Shown one piece after another: positions 39,862-49,839 of a stretch of DNA of 52,414 nt. The DNA is from Gaiellaceae bacterium (GTDB taxonomy: Bacteria; Actinomycetota; Thermoleophilia; Gaiellales; Gaiellaceae): contig DATIYE010000010.1 of the NCBI GenBank assembly GCA_035517795.1, forward strand, positions 1 to 52,414, given 5' to 3'. A model generated the notes under the pieces. The model made no database searches. It saw only the letters and a program-made list of their open reading frames with translations, and was not told the DNA's origin. Position numbers and translations under genes: made by a program. The first letter of the stretch is position 1. Every line of letters starts with the position of its first letter.

Positions 39862-40386
39862 ATGGTCGAGATGTCGATCTACGGGGTCTCGTTCGACCTC
39901 GTCGGCAAGCAGCCGATCGTGCTCCTCAAGACCGCCGACGGAAACCGGTACCTCCCGATCTGGATCGGGCATCCGGAGGCGGCCGCGATCCTGATGAAGC
40001 TCCAGGGCGCAACCGCACCCAGGCCCCTCACGCACGACCTGCTCGTGAACATCCTCAGCGAGCTCGAGGTCGAGATCGTGCGCGTCACGGTGACCGAGCT
40101 CCGAGAGAACACGTTCCACGCGTCGATCACCGTTCAGCAGAACGGCTCGGAGATCGAGATCGACTCGCGCTCCTCGGACGCGATCGCGGTCGCCGTTCGC
40201 GCTCAGGTGCCGATCTACGCCGCCGACGAGGTGATCGAGGAGTCGGCGATCGAGTTCGAGGGTGAGGACGTCAGCGAGGAGGACATCGTGGACGAGTTCA
40301 AGAGGTTCCTCGACCGCGTGTCGGCCGAGGACTTCGCCGAGGCAGAGGCGGAAGCCGAGCTCGACGCCGACGAGGACGAGGACTAG
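39862..40386 (+). CDS. Bifunctional nuclease family protein (BFN/DUF151)
   Basis: 174-aa ORF with QPIVLLKTADGNRYLPIWIGHPEAAAI...RPLTHDLLVNIL...FHASI...IDSRSSDAIAVAVR and an acidic tail. AGGAGAG lies before the ATG. Confidence 0.85.
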   Translation: MVEMSIYGVSFDLVGKQPIVLLKTADGNRYLPIWIGHPEAAAILMKLQGATAPRPLTHDLLVNILSELEVEIVRVTVTELRENTFHASITVQQNGSEIEIDSRSSDAIAVAVRAQVPIYAADEVIEESAIEFEGEDVSEEDIVDEFKRFLDRVSAEDFAEAEAEAELDADEDED

Positions 40387-40406
40387 CCAGGCGGGACCGA
40401 GCTCCC

Positions 40407-41120
40407 TCAGTGCAGGAAGACGCTCGCGAGCGCGAAGCTGTTGAAGGCGCTGTGGACGAGCATTCCGGGAAACACGCTGTCTGTGCGTGAGCGCAGCCAG
40501 GCCAGAGCGAAGCCGAAGATGGCGAGCTCGGGAAAGGCCTGGAGCAGGCCGTGGCTCGCGGCGAAGAGCAGGCCGGTGGCGACGATCGCAACGGTGACTC
40601 CCCAGCGGGCGAAGAAGAGCGAATAGCCGAGCCCGCGATAGGTGGTCTCCTCGACGAACGGGGCGACGCCTGCGACGACGAGCCAGTTGGCGGTGTATGC
40701 GCCGGCGTGCCCGTGGAGGAAGTGCTTCGGCACGACTCCCTGCTCGCGGCCGCCGTGCAGGAACGAGTCGATCAGGGCGATCGCGATTCCCGCAACGAGT
40801 AGCGTGGCGGCGGCGAGCCCGAGGGCACGCAGCCAGCGGCGCGGCGGACGCAACGCCAACAGCTGTGCTCGCCACGGGCTCGCGATCCAGAGCACGAGCG
40901 CCAGGATCAGCCCGTAGACCACCGTCGCGAGCACGGCTGTCGAGTAGTTGAAGAGCGCCTCCTCGGTCTTCTGCTTGCTCGTCGTTACGGCGTAGTTGCC
41001 AAGGTAGTTGAGCGCCGACACACTCCCGACGAGGGCGAGGAACGCCACCAGCTTGGCGGTCGTGGCGCCGGAGGGCCTTCTAAGATTCGGCGCGGGCGCC
41101 GTGGTCGACCGATCGTTCAC
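40407..41120 (-). CDS. CPBP-family intramembrane glutamic endopeptidase (CAAX protease/Abi family)
   Basis: ORF 40407..41228 with motif 1 PFVEETTYRGLG, motif 2 FAASH and motif 3 MLVHSAFN, plus several TM helices. The start is unresolved: candidates are GTG 41120, ATG 41189 and ATG 41228. The longest form overlaps the divergent MscS ORF. Confidence 0.8.
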   Translation of the reverse strand: MNDRSTTAPAPNLRRPSGATTAKLVAFLALVGSVSALNYLGNYAVTTSKQKTEEALFNYSTAVLATVVYGLILALVLWIASPWRAQLLALRPPRRWLRALGLAAATLLVAGIAIALIDSFLHGGREQGVVPKHFLHGHAGAYTANWLVVAGVAPFVEETTYRGLGYSLFFARWGVTVAIVATGLLFAASHGLLQAFPELAIFGFALAWLRSRTDSVFPGMLVHSAFNSFALASVFLH

Positions 41121-41151
41121 TCCCAGCGAGGCTAACAGTGCCCTCGTCGCC

Positions 41152-41883
41152 GTGAACGTGACCCATGAGCTCTGGGTGCGGGTCGCCATTGCGGCCACGG
41201 CGATCCTGCTCTCGTTCCTCGTCGCCAAGCTCGTCGATCGGAGGCTGAAGCGGCATCACCTCGATCCCGGGACAGCAACGCGATATCGGATCCTGCGCCA
41301 GTCGATCCTCGGGACGATCGTGTTCGTCGGGGTCGCCTCCGCCCTGCTCGTGATTCCGGCGATCCGGGGCGTCGCCGTCGGCGTCCTAGCCTCGTCCGCA
41401 GTGATCGGGCTGATCCTCGGGTTCGCCGCCCAGCGCACGATCGGCAACTTCATCGCCGGCCTTCTGATCGCGTTCACCCAGCCCGTCCGGCTCGGCGACG
41501 AGATCGAGTTCGAGGAGACGCGCGGCGTCGTGGAGGAGGTGGGCCTCATCTACACGTGGGTCCGCACTCCCGACAGCGACCGGCTCGTGATCCCGAACGA
41601 GAAGCTCGTCTCGGAGACGCTCAAGAACACGACGATTCGCAACGAGCGGCCTGTCGCCGAGATCACGGTGCGACTTCCGCTCGGAACCGACCTGAAGGCC
41701 GTCACGGCTGCACTCGAGCCCGTAGGCCACGAGGTGGTCGTCACCGGGCTCGACGACCACGCGACGATCGCAGTGCGACGGTTCGTCCATCACCGCGAGT
41801 CGGTCGAGCGTGCTCAGAGCGAGCTCCGGATCGAGGTATCCGAGACGCTCCGCGAGGCAGGGATCCTCGCGGCTGCCGAGTAA
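41152..41883 (+). CDS. Small-conductance mechanosensitive channel (MscS family)
   Basis: ORF 41008..41883 with three TM helices, then the pore-lining GLILGFAAQRTIGNFIAGLLIAFTQPVRLGDEIEF...GVVEEVGLIYTWVRTPDSDRLVIPNEKL. The start is unresolved: in-frame TTG 41008, GTG 41101 or GTG 41152. Confidence 0.85.
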   Translation: MNVTHELWVRVAIAATAILLSFLVAKLVDRRLKRHHLDPGTATRYRILRQSILGTIVFVGVASALLVIPAIRGVAVGVLASSAVIGLILGFAAQRTIGNFIAGLLIAFTQPVRLGDEIEFEETRGVVEEVGLIYTWVRTPDSDRLVIPNEKLVSETLKNTTIRNERPVAEITVRLPLGTDLKAVTAALEPVGHEVVVTGLDDHATIAVRRFVHHRESVERAQSELRIEVSETLREAGILAAAE

Positions 41884-41891
41884 GATCCGGC

Positions 41892-44045
41892 ATGGCTCCC
41901 CGCCGCGAGGTCGACGCGTTTCTCGCGCACCACTTCAACCGCAAGCGTAAGCGCATCCAGCGTCAGCGTCAGCGGCGCCGGGCCGGTGTCGTCCTCGTCC
42001 TGGTGATCGCGGTCGGCGTGATCGCAGTGTTGCTCGCCGGGTTCGGTGCCGGAGCCGCCCTGTCGGAGTCCTGCAGCCTCTCGAGCCTTCGCCCGGTCGA
42101 CATCGGCGCGAACACCTTTGTCTATGCCGCCGACGGGTCGTTTCTCGGGACGATTCCGGCGGATCACAACCGCGAGCCCGTGAGCCTGGACCAGATGAGT
42201 GGATGGCTCCCCGAGGCGACCGTGGCGGTCGAGGACCGCCGTTTCTATCAGCACGGCGGGATCGACTACGTGGGCATTCTCCGTGCGCTCTGGGCCGACG
42301 TGAGCGCCGGGAAGGTGGTCGAGGGCGGCTCGACGATCACGCAACAACTCGTTCGCAACATGTACACGGGCCGCGAGCAGACCTTCGAGCGGAAGATCAA
42401 GGAGGCCTGCCTCGCGATCAAGCTCGCCGACAGGTGGCCGAAGCGGAGGATCCTGCAGACCTACCTCAACACCGTCTACTACGGCAACCACGCCTACGGG
42501 GTCGAGGCGGCCGCCGAGACGTACTTCTCGCGGCGCGCCCGCAACCTCACGCTCGCACAGGCGGCCCTGATCGCGGGGCTTCCGCAGGCACCGTCGATCT
42601 ACGACCCGCTGCACAACCCGAAGGCAGCGCTCCTGCGCCGGGCAGAGGTGCTGCAGGCGATGCTGATGGGCGGGGAGATCACGAGGCCGCAGTACCGGTG
42701 GGCGATGAGACAGAAGCTGCACCTGAAGCCGGGGAAGATCTACACGAGGATCAAGCAGCCGTACTTCTTCTCGTACGTGATCGACGAGCTCGAGAGTGTC
42801 TACGGTGCGAACACCGTGCGCGAGGGCGGGCTTCGTGTCTACACGACGATCGAGCCGAAGTTCCAGGTCGCCGCGAACAGCGCGATCCGCGAGACCCTCG
42901 ATCAGCCGAACGACCCAGCGGCAGCGATCGTCTCGGTCGAGCCCGGGACCGGGGCGATCCGGGCGATGACCGCGGTGATCCCGGGGAACCGGAGCAACCA
43001 GTTCAACCTGACCTCGCAGTCGGCGCGTCAGGCCGGCTCGACGTTCAAGACGTTCGTTCTCGCCGCCGCGATCGAAAAGGGGATGGATCCCGACACGACC
43101 TACTACACCTCCGCGCCGTTTACCTGCACGACCGGGCCGTGGTGCGAGGACGACTACAAGGCCGGGAAGCCGTGGACGGTCAGCACCTACGACGGCACCT
43201 ACGCCGGCACGATCTCGGTCACGAGCGCCACCCTGCGCTCGGACAACACCGTCTATGCACAGCTCACACTCGACGTCGGTCCCGACGTCGTCTACCGCAT
43301 GGCAGAGAGGCTCGGCGTCAACCTGACGGGGCAGAAGCCGGTGGCTTCGATCGGCCTCGGCTCGCTCTCGGTCTCACCGCTCGACATGGCTGCGGCGTAC
43401 GCGACGTTCGCATCCGGAGGCATCTATGCGAGGCCGACCGCGATCCGCAAGGTGATCCTCCCGTCCGGCAAGGTCGACAAGACCTGGAGCAAGCCACAGA
43501 CCAAGCGGGTGCTCTCGCAGGGCGTGGCCTGGGAGGTGAACCACGTGCTGGGCCTGAACGCGCAGTACGGAACCGGATACGGCTCGGGTGACGGGATCCA
43601 CCCGAATGCGGGCAAGACCGGCACGACGACGGATCATGCCGACGCGTGGTTCGACGGCTACACGCGCGACTTCTCGACCGCCGTCTGGATGGGCTATCCG
43701 AGCGGCGAGATCCCGATGCTCGACGTGCACGGCGAGGCGGTCGCCGGCGCGACCTTCCCGGTGCCCATCTGGCATCTCTACATGGAGCAGGTGGAGAAGG
43801 GACTGCCGGCGAGGCCCTTCCTGACCCCGGTCTCCTATCCGAAGTTCACCTACTTCCAGAAGGGCTACTGGGGCTACCTGGCCGTCCAGACCACCCCGAC
43901 CACGACCACGTCCACCACGACCACGACCACGACCGCCAAGTCGGTCACGACCCCGATTCCGACCGAGCAGAACCCGGGGCGTCGTGGATCGCCTCCGCCG
44001 CCACACGTCGTCGCGGGCGGCTCCGGCACGCGCCTGATCCCGTGA
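41892..44045 (+). CDS. Class A penicillin-binding protein (transglycosylase/transpeptidase)
   Basis: ATG at 41892 in ORF 41556..44045. N-terminal TM helix, GT51 motifs AVEDRRFYQHGGID and GGSTITQQLVRN, transpeptidase motifs SARQAGSTFK, SDN and KTGTT, and a Thr-rich C-terminal tail. Confidence 0.93.
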   Translation: MAPRREVDAFLAHHFNRKRKRIQRQRQRRRAGVVLVLVIAVGVIAVLLAGFGAGAALSESCSLSSLRPVDIGANTFVYAADGSFLGTIPADHNREPVSLDQMSGWLPEATVAVEDRRFYQHGGIDYVGILRALWADVSAGKVVEGGSTITQQLVRNMYTGREQTFERKIKEACLAIKLADRWPKRRILQTYLNTVYYGNHAYGVEAAAETYFSRRARNLTLAQAALIAGLPQAPSIYDPLHNPKAALLRRAEVLQAMLMGGEITRPQYRWAMRQKLHLKPGKIYTRIKQPYFFSYVIDELESVYGANTVREGGLRVYTTIEPKFQVAANSAIRETLDQPNDPAAAIVSVEPGTGAIRAMTAVIPGNRSNQFNLTSQSARQAGSTFKTFVLAAAIEKGMDPDTTYYTSAPFTCTTGPWCEDDYKAGKPWTVSTYDGTYAGTISVTSATLRSDNTVYAQLTLDVGPDVVYRMAERLGVNLTGQKPVASIGLGSLSVSPLDMAAAYATFASGGIYARPTAIRKVILPSGKVDKTWSKPQTKRVLSQGVAWEVNHVLGLNAQYGTGYGSGDGIHPNAGKTGTTTDHADAWFDGYTRDFSTAVWMGYPSGEIPMLDVHGEAVAGATFPVPIWHLYMEQVEKGLPARPFLTPVSYPKFTYFQKGYWGYLAVQTTPTTTTSTTTTTTTAKSVTTPIPTEQNPGRRGSPPPPHVVAGGSGTRLIP
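43889..43936 (+). repeat. Imperfect (ACC ACG)n microsatellite encoding a poly-Thr linker in the PBP tail
   Basis: accaccccgaccacgaccacgtccaccacgaccacgaccacgaccgcc encodes TTPTTTTSTTTTTTTA. Confidence 0.8.
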
Positions 44046-45235
44046 CCCGCAAGCTCTTGAGCATCGAGCGGGCGCTGGAGCTCGTGCTCGGGAAGGTGGT
44101 GCCGCTCGAGGCCGAGGCCGTCGCGCTCGCCGACGCGGCAGGTCGTGTCCTCGCCGAGCCGGCGAAGGCCCGAACCGACCTGCCGTCATTCCCCGCCTCG
44201 GCGATGGATGGGTTCGCCCTTCGCGCGGCTGATGCGCCGGCGACCCTGCCCATCGTGGGTCGTGTCGCGGCCGGGCGACCGGCTCCCGCTCGGCTGGAAG
44301 CCGGGCAGGCGATGGCGATCGCGACCGGAGGGGTCGTCCCCGAGGGTGCAGACGCGGTCGTCCCGATCGAGGATGTGCAGGAGAGCGGCGACGTCGTCAT
44401 TGTCCCGTCGGAGATTGCGGTGGGCGCGAACGTCCGCCGTCGGGGCGGCGATCTCGGTGTCGGCGAGCTCGTGATCGGGTCCGGGGTCCGGCTCGGGCCG
44501 GTGCACCTGGGCGCGCTGGCCGCGGCCGGTGTCACGCAGGTCCGCTGCTCCCGGCAACCGCGGGTCGTCGTGGCCGTGACCGGGACGGAGCTTCGCTCGC
44601 CCGGCGAGGAACTCGGGCCCGGGGAGATCTACGACGCCAACGGCGTGATCCTCGCGACCCAGATCCGGAGTACGGGCGGGGTCGTTGATCGGCTGGCTCC
44701 CGTCGCCGACGACGAAGAGGCGACGCGAGCGGCGATCTCGCGCGGGCTCGACGCGGACGTGCTCGTAACAAGTGGTGGGGTGTCGGTTGGTGTCCACGAC
44801 CTCGTCAGGGCAACGGAGGCCGAGCTGGGAGTCGAGGAGGTCTTCTGGGGTGTGGCGGTCCGTCCCGGGAAACCGGTTGCCTTCGGTGTCCGCGACCGAA
44901 CGCTCGTCTTCGGGCTCCCCGGCAACCCGGTGTCTTCCCTCGTCGGGTTCGAGCTCCTCGTTCGCCCGGCGCTGCTCGCGCTGCAGGGGCTCGCCGACCC
45001 TCGGCCGCGCTATCGACCCGGGCTCCTCGGCATGCCCGCGAAGCGCCTTTCCGACCGCGACTCGCTCCTGCGCGCCCGCTCCCGGGTCGACGGGGCGGCG
45101 GTCGTGCTCGACCCGCTCCGCGGGCAGGAGTCGCACATGATCGCCCAGGCTGCGACGGCCGACTCGCTCGTGCTCGTCCCGCGGGGCGAGGGCGAGCTCG
45201 CGTCCGGCGCGGCGGTGCTCTTCCTCAGCCTGTAG
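44042..45235 (+). CDS. moeA: Molybdopterin molybdenumtransferase
   Basis: GTG at 44042 (GTGA overlap with the PBP stop) in ORF 43646..45235. Motifs are SFPASAMDGFA...IATGGVVPEGADAVVPIE...VLVTSGGVSVGVHD...PGKPVAFG...GLPGNPVSS. Confidence 0.9.
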   Translation: MTRKLLSIERALELVLGKVVPLEAEAVALADAAGRVLAEPAKARTDLPSFPASAMDGFALRAADAPATLPIVGRVAAGRPAPARLEAGQAMAIATGGVVPEGADAVVPIEDVQESGDVVIVPSEIAVGANVRRRGGDLGVGELVIGSGVRLGPVHLGALAAAGVTQVRCSRQPRVVVAVTGTELRSPGEELGPGEIYDANGVILATQIRSTGGVVDRLAPVADDEEATRAAISRGLDADVLVTSGGVSVGVHDLVRATEAELGVEEVFWGVAVRPGKPVAFGVRDRTLVFGLPGNPVSSLVGFELLVRPALLALQGLADPRPRYRPGLLGMPAKRLSDRDSLLRARSRVDGAAVVLDPLRGQESHMIAQAATADSLVLVPRGEGELASGAAVLFLSL

Positions 45236-47141
45236 GCGCAGGCGGTGCGGCTGTCGGTTCGACGTCGCGCCGGCGGGCGCGTGTCGTGACCACCACCGTC
45301 CGCACCGTCTCACGGAACGGACCCCTCGGGCCCCGCTCGCTCGCGTCCGGGTACGGCGCGTAACGGCCGGCCGCGACCGCCGCCAGCTGAAACGCGGCTG
45401 CCGTGCCGGCGAGTGCGATCGCAAAGCCGAGCGGCTTTACGTAGCCGATGCCGACGAGCTCGAGCAGGTACCAGGGAGCATCGAACCCCAGGCCGTAGCG
45501 CCAGCCCATGGAGAAGAGCAGCAGCGCGGGCCCGATCAGGCCGATCGCGAAGAGCCCGAGCCGCACGGGCGGCCGCGCGATGCGGATCTGCGGTAGCCAG
45601 AGCCAGGCGTGGAGGGCGGGGAGCACGAAGAGGAGCGCGAAGGGGTTGGTCGCGGTGACGAGCAGGGCGAGAACGAGCAGAGCCACGAGCGCGACCGTGT
45701 AGCCGGCCAGCTCCTCCTCCGGCGCGACCGGCCGCCGCACCATCAGCCTCCGTCTGGAGAGCATCCAGCCGGCGAGGAGCACCGAAAGCAGGCCGAGGAG
45801 CGCCCAGGCGGGCCAGTCGCCGGCGACCGTCGTCGCCGGGTCCGGAGGTCGCGAAACACCGGTGGGCCAGGCCCCGAGTAGACGAAAACACGTGAAAACG
45901 AGTCCGGCGAACAGCCAGAAGAGCAGCCGTGTGCGGAGCGACGCCGCCGCCCGACGCATCGAAACGTTGTTGCGGCGGCAGAGGGCATACAGGTCGACGA
46001 TCGCGACCGCAAACGGCACCAGCAGCGCGATCAGGACGAGCTCGATCGCCCAGCCCCTGACGATGCGACCGCCGACCCAGACATAGGTCGCGGTGCTCGG
46101 GGCCAGTCCGAAGCCCTGATCGAGCGAGCCGATCAGCTGTTGCGCCGCGCCGCCCAGCTGGCCCAGCCGCTCGCGATCGAGGTTCGCTGCGTTGTCTCCG
46201 AAGGCGGCCGGGGGCCGGTCGCCGCCGGTCGTGATCGTCACCGCGGGCACGCCGGCGGCCACGAACGGCCCCTGCTCGTACAGCGTGTATGGGAAGGCGA
46301 GGTCGACGAGTTGCCCCAGCGGGCTGACATGTTGCGGCGCGACCCCGGTCTGCTCGGCGATGCGGGCGACCGCGGTGGCGACGAGGCTCGCGTTCGGCGA
46401 CCGGGGCGTGTCCCCGCTGATCTGGATCGTCGGTGGCCCCGGGCCTCCGATGGCGTCGAGATTGATGACGGCGAGGATGTGGTTGCGGTAGATGGAATGG
46501 GCGACGAAGTGGGCCGCCCCGAGCCCGCCGTAGGCGCCGCCGTCGGTCGAGAGGAAGACGATCTTCCGGGGTGAGGCGACGTGGGCCCCCGACTCGCTCT
46601 GCGGTTGCGCATAGGCGCGGGCGAGTTCGATCAGCGCCGCCGTGCCACTGGCGTTGTCATCGGTACCGGGGCTGGTGCCGATGTCGTCCCGATGAGCCAT
46701 GACGACGATCACGTTGTCGGAGTTGGGTTGCCCCGGCGCGACTGCGACGATGTTCCGCAGGCGCACCTTGCCGAGGCCGGGTACCCGCTCGACCCAGGAC
46801 GAGCTCCGCATCTGGAGCCCGTAGACCTGCTGGGGCAGCTGATCCTGGAACCAGCTCCAGGCGCTGAGCGCTCCAGCGCTTCCCGGTGCACGGTCGGCGT
46901 ACTCGGTGGATAGGTCGTCGGCGAGGGCGACCGCCGACGCGGTGTCGAACGAGCCCGGGAGCAAGGGCTTTGCAAGCGGAGCCGGTCTGGCAATCGTGAA
47001 GGCGAGCAGGACGAAGGCGAGCCCCACGACGAGGAACGAGGCCCGGTAGAGGCGGCCGTTGATCGGCCTGGCGAGCGACCCACGCCGCGGCCGGCGCGGG
47101 CGCAGTGGCCGCCGCCGGTCGGAAGGCGGGGAAGCAGCCAT
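45225..47141 (-). CDS. M28-family metallopeptidase fused to a polytopic C-terminal membrane domain
   Basis: 638-aa ORF with an N-terminal TM anchor and an M28 core (VIVVMAHRDDIGTSPGTDDNASGTAALIELAR...VFLSTDGGAYGGLGAAHF...INLDAIG). About 280 aa follow, containing multiple hydrophobic helices. Confidence 0.8.
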   Translation of the reverse strand: MAASPPSDRRRPLRPRRPRRGSLARPINGRLYRASFLVVGLAFVLLAFTIARPAPLAKPLLPGSFDTASAVALADDLSTEYADRAPGSAGALSAWSWFQDQLPQQVYGLQMRSSSWVERVPGLGKVRLRNIVAVAPGQPNSDNVIVVMAHRDDIGTSPGTDDNASGTAALIELARAYAQPQSESGAHVASPRKIVFLSTDGGAYGGLGAAHFVAHSIYRNHILAVINLDAIGGPGPPTIQISGDTPRSPNASLVATAVARIAEQTGVAPQHVSPLGQLVDLAFPYTLYEQGPFVAAGVPAVTITTGGDRPPAAFGDNAANLDRERLGQLGGAAQQLIGSLDQGFGLAPSTATYVWVGGRIVRGWAIELVLIALLVPFAVAIVDLYALCRRNNVSMRRAAASLRTRLLFWLFAGLVFTCFRLLGAWPTGVSRPPDPATTVAGDWPAWALLGLLSVLLAGWMLSRRRLMVRRPVAPEEELAGYTVALVALLVLALLVTATNPFALLFVLPALHAWLWLPQIRIARPPVRLGLFAIGLIGPALLLFSMGWRYGLGFDAPWYLLELVGIGYVKPLGFAIALAGTAAAFQLAAVAAGRYAPYPDASERGPRGPFRETVRTVVVTTRARRRDVEPTAAPPAPTG

Positions 47142-47199
47142 CGAGGGCTATAGTAGGAACCCGGGGAGCACGGCCGGCCCGGCAGGCGACAGTGAGCCC

Positions 47200-47907
47200 A
47201 TGATGAGCGATTCCTCGACCATCCTCCTCGTCGATGACGACGAGGCCGTCCGCAAGGTGCTGAGCTTCCCCCTCGAGCGTGACGGCTACGAGGTGATCCA
47301 GGCTGCGGACGGGCTCGAGGCGCTGGAGCGGTTCAACGAGCGCCCGGTCGATCTCGTGGTGCTCGACGTGATGCTCCCGAAGGTGGATGGGCTCGAGGTC
47401 TGCAAGCAGCTCCGCGCGCGCAGCTCGGTCCCGATCATCATGCTCACGGCCCGCGACGACGAACTCGACAAGGTTCTCGGGCTCGAGCTCGGCGCGGACG
47501 ACTACGTCACCAAGCCGTTCTCGATCCGGGAGTTCCGCTCGCGGACCCGCGCCCTGCTTCGCCGCGCACGCGCGCCGCGACACGACCCGGACGGCGCCCC
47601 GGGGCAGGCGATCTCCGTGGACGGCCTCTCGATCGACCTGCCGCGCCGGGTGGTCGAGGTCGACGGCCGGCCCGTACAGCTGACCTACGTCGAGTTCGAG
47701 CTGCTGGCGCGGCTCGCCGGCCGGCCGGGTCGCGTCTTCAGCCGACGCATGCTGCTCGAGGCGCTCTGGGGAAGCGCCGAGTTCCGCGATCCCCGCACGA
47801 TCGACGTGCACGTGCGCCACCTGAGGGAGAAGCTCGAGCGCGACTCCAGGAACCCCGAGTTCATCCTCACCGTGCGCAGCGTCGGGTATCGCTTCCGAGA
47901 CCGGTGA
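47200..47907 (+). CDS. OmpR/PhoB-family response regulator
   Basis: ATG at 47200 in ORF 47059..47907. The receiver domain has [10 protein letters not shown]...[14 protein letters not shown]...LTARDDE..KV. The winged-helix output has [12 protein letters not shown]...[15 protein letters not shown]...[11 protein letters not shown]. Confidence 0.93.
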   Translation: MMSDSSTILLVDDDEAVRKVLSFPLERDGYEVIQAADGLEALERFNERPVDLVVLDVMLPKVDGLEVCKQLRARSSVPIIMLTARDDELDKVLGLELGADDYVTKPFSIREFRSRTRALLRRARAPRHDPDGAPGQAISVDGLSIDLPRRVVEVDGRPVQLTYVEFELLARLAGRPGRVFSRRMLLEALWGSAEFRDPRTIDVHVRHLREKLERDSRNPEFILTVRSVGYRFRDR

Positions 47908-49310
47908 ACCCTTTCCGCACCGTCGGCGGGCGACTTGCGATCGCACTCCTCGTCGTCGTCGGTGGTGCCCTCGCGATCGTCTACCTGATCGTCGTCCCGC
48001 GCTACCAGAGCTCGCTCGTCGACACCAGGCTGAAGGATCTCCGGCACACCGTCGAGGTGATCGCTGCCAAGCCGAGAACCGGGGTGTTCCCGAGCGATGC
48101 GTGGATCGAGGACCAGGCGCTGCCGGCGGCCTCCGGCGCCCGCGTCGTGATCTTCAGCGCCCCGCCGCTGCTCGAGCCGCAGGCGGACTCGAACGGCGGA
48201 ACGTCTCGCGACGTCGAGCACGATCCGCTCGTCCGTCGCGCAAGCTCGAGCGACGGGGTCGTGAGCTCGGCGGTCACCCGCGACGGCTCGACCTACGCCG
48301 AGGCTGCCCTGTCGCTGCACGGCCCCGTGCTGCTCGTCGCGGCGCCGCTCCACAACGATCTCGAGTCGGTCGAGGTCGTGCGGAACCGTGTGCTGCTCGC
48401 GGCCAGCCTCGCCACCGGATTCACGATCGTGATCGGATACGTACTCGCGACGCTGTTCGCCAGGCGGATCAAGCGGCTCGAGGCGGCGGCGGAACGGATC
48501 GCCGGCGGCCGCTTCGACGAGCCGGTGATCGACGCTGGGCCCGACGAGCTCGGGCAGCTGGCCCGGGCCTTCGAGCGGATGCGTCTGCGGCTGGCTTCGC
48601 TGGAGCGGGCCCGCGGCGAGTTCATCGCAAACGCCTCGCACGAGCTGCGGACGCCGCTCTTCTCGCTCGGCGGCTTTCTCGAGCTGCTTGCTGCAGACGA
48701 CATCGATCCCGCGACGAGAGAGGAGTTTCTCTCCGAGATGCGGGCCCAGGTGGGGCGGCTCACGAAGCTCGCGACCGACCTGCTCGACCTGTCGCGGATG
48801 GACGCCGGCCGACTCTCGGTTGCCGACGACAGCGTCGATCTCGCGCTTGTCGGCGAGGTGCTCGTGGCGGAGTTCGGACCGCGCGCGGCGACGTCGGATC
48901 ACCCACTCGAGATCCCGGAGCATTCCCCGGTGTATGCCCGTGGAGACGAGGCTCGGGTGCTCCAGATAGGCAGGATCCTGGTCGAGAACGCGGTCGTCCA
49001 CACCCCGCCCGGCACGACGGTGACCGTCTCGGCGGGCCTCGACGGCACCCGGGCAACGCTCGAGGTCGCCGACGACGGTCCCGGTATTCCTGTCGAGGCG
49101 CAGCAGGCGGTCTTCGACCGTTTCTACCGGCTCGGGGGCACCGTCGCGTCGGGTAGCGGCCTCGGTCTGGCAATCGCGCGCGAGCTCGCCGAGCTGATGG
49201 GCGGCCGGATCGAGCTCGACTCCCGTCCCGGCTCGGCCCGCTTCACCCTGGTCCTGCCGGCCGACGCCGAAGCGCGGAAGGTGGAGCTCGTCCCTGCCCG
49301 AGAGGGATGA
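47904..49310 (+). CDS. Sensor histidine kinase (2 TM, HAMP, HisKA, HATPase_c)
   Basis: 468-aa ORF with a GTGA overlap with the regulator. H-box [17 protein letters not shown]-box [11 protein letters not shown]-boxes DDGPGIP and [12 protein letters not shown]. Confidence 0.92.
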   Translation: MNPFRTVGGRLAIALLVVVGGALAIVYLIVVPRYQSSLVDTRLKDLRHTVEVIAAKPRTGVFPSDAWIEDQALPAASGARVVIFSAPPLLEPQADSNGGTSRDVEHDPLVRRASSSDGVVSSAVTRDGSTYAEAALSLHGPVLLVAAPLHNDLESVEVVRNRVLLAASLATGFTIVIGYVLATLFARRIKRLEAAAERIAGGRFDEPVIDAGPDELGQLARAFERMRLRLASLERARGEFIANASHELRTPLFSLGGFLELLAADDIDPATREEFLSEMRAQVGRLTKLATDLLDLSRMDAGRLSVADDSVDLALVGEVLVAEFGPRAATSDHPLEIPEHSPVYARGDEARVLQIGRILVENAVVHTPPGTTVTVSAGLDGTRATLEVADDGPGIPVEAQQAVFDRFYRLGGTVASGSGLGLAIARELAELMGGRIELDSRPGSARFTLVLPADAEARKVELVPAREG

Positions 49311-49386
49311 ACTGCTTTCGTCCGCATCCGTGCGCGCGGCCCTCGTAGTGGCCTGATTTCGCGGCCGGCGGCGTAGACTGCTCGCC

Positions 49387-49839
49387 GTGAGTAGCGAGCT
49401 CTCGCACGTCGACGAGTCGTCGGGCGTCGTGAAGATGGTCGACGTCGGCGCGAAGCCGCCGATGCGGCGCCGGGCGATCGCCCGGGGCGCCGTGCTGATG
49501 GCGCCCGAGACCGCCCGACGGCTTCGCGACCTTCCCAAGGGCGACGCGCTCACGACCGCCAAGCTGGCCGGGATCATGGCCGGCAAGCAGACCAGCAACC
49601 TGATCCCGCTCTGCCATCCGCTGCCGCTCGATCGCGTGGAGGTGGAGCTCGAGGTGGGCCAGGGTCGTGTCGACATCACCGCTTCGGCGGAGGCGACGGC
49701 ACGCACGGGCGTCGAGATGGAGGCCCTGACCGCGGTTGCGGTGGCAGGACTCACCGTCTACGACATGGCCAAGGCGATCGACAAGGGCATGTCGATCACC
49801 GGGATCACGCTGGTCGAGAAGCACAAGGAGCCCGTTTGA
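49387..49839 (+). CDS. moaC: Cyclic pyranopterin monophosphate synthase
   Basis: 150-aa ORF with MVDVGAKP...[24 protein letters not shown]...[23 protein letters not shown]. Confidence 0.93.
   Translation: MSSELSHVDESSGVVKMVDVGAKPPMRRRAIARGAVLMAPETARRLRDLPKGDALTTAKLAGIMAGKQTSNLIPLCHPLPLDRVEVELEVGQGRVDITASAEATARTGVEMEALTAVAVAGLTVYDMAKAIDKGMSITGITLVEKHKEPV

Noticed and set aside
39669-41900. Possible integrated element downstream of tRNA-Ile (a tRNA gene as an attachment site).
   Set aside because: I saw no integrase, no direct repeat of the tRNA 3' end and no compositional shift. The neighbouring genes (BFN nuclease, CPBP, MscS, PBP) look like ordinary core genes.
49311-49386. Possible Moco riboswitch upstream of moaC.
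   Set aside because: The spacer is only 76 nt, shorter than the Moco RNA motif, and I could not find its conserved blocks. It contains only a weak GGCC-N8-GGCC hairpin, probably the end of the kinase transcript.
47685-49754. 689-aa minus-strand ORF antisense to the response regulator, histidine kinase and moaC. The 515-aa ORF at 50200..51747, antisense to ubiA/ccmA, is the same kind of case.
   Set aside because: These are the same high-GC artefact: Arg/Pro/Ser-rich low-complexity translations with no motifs, opposite well-supported genes.
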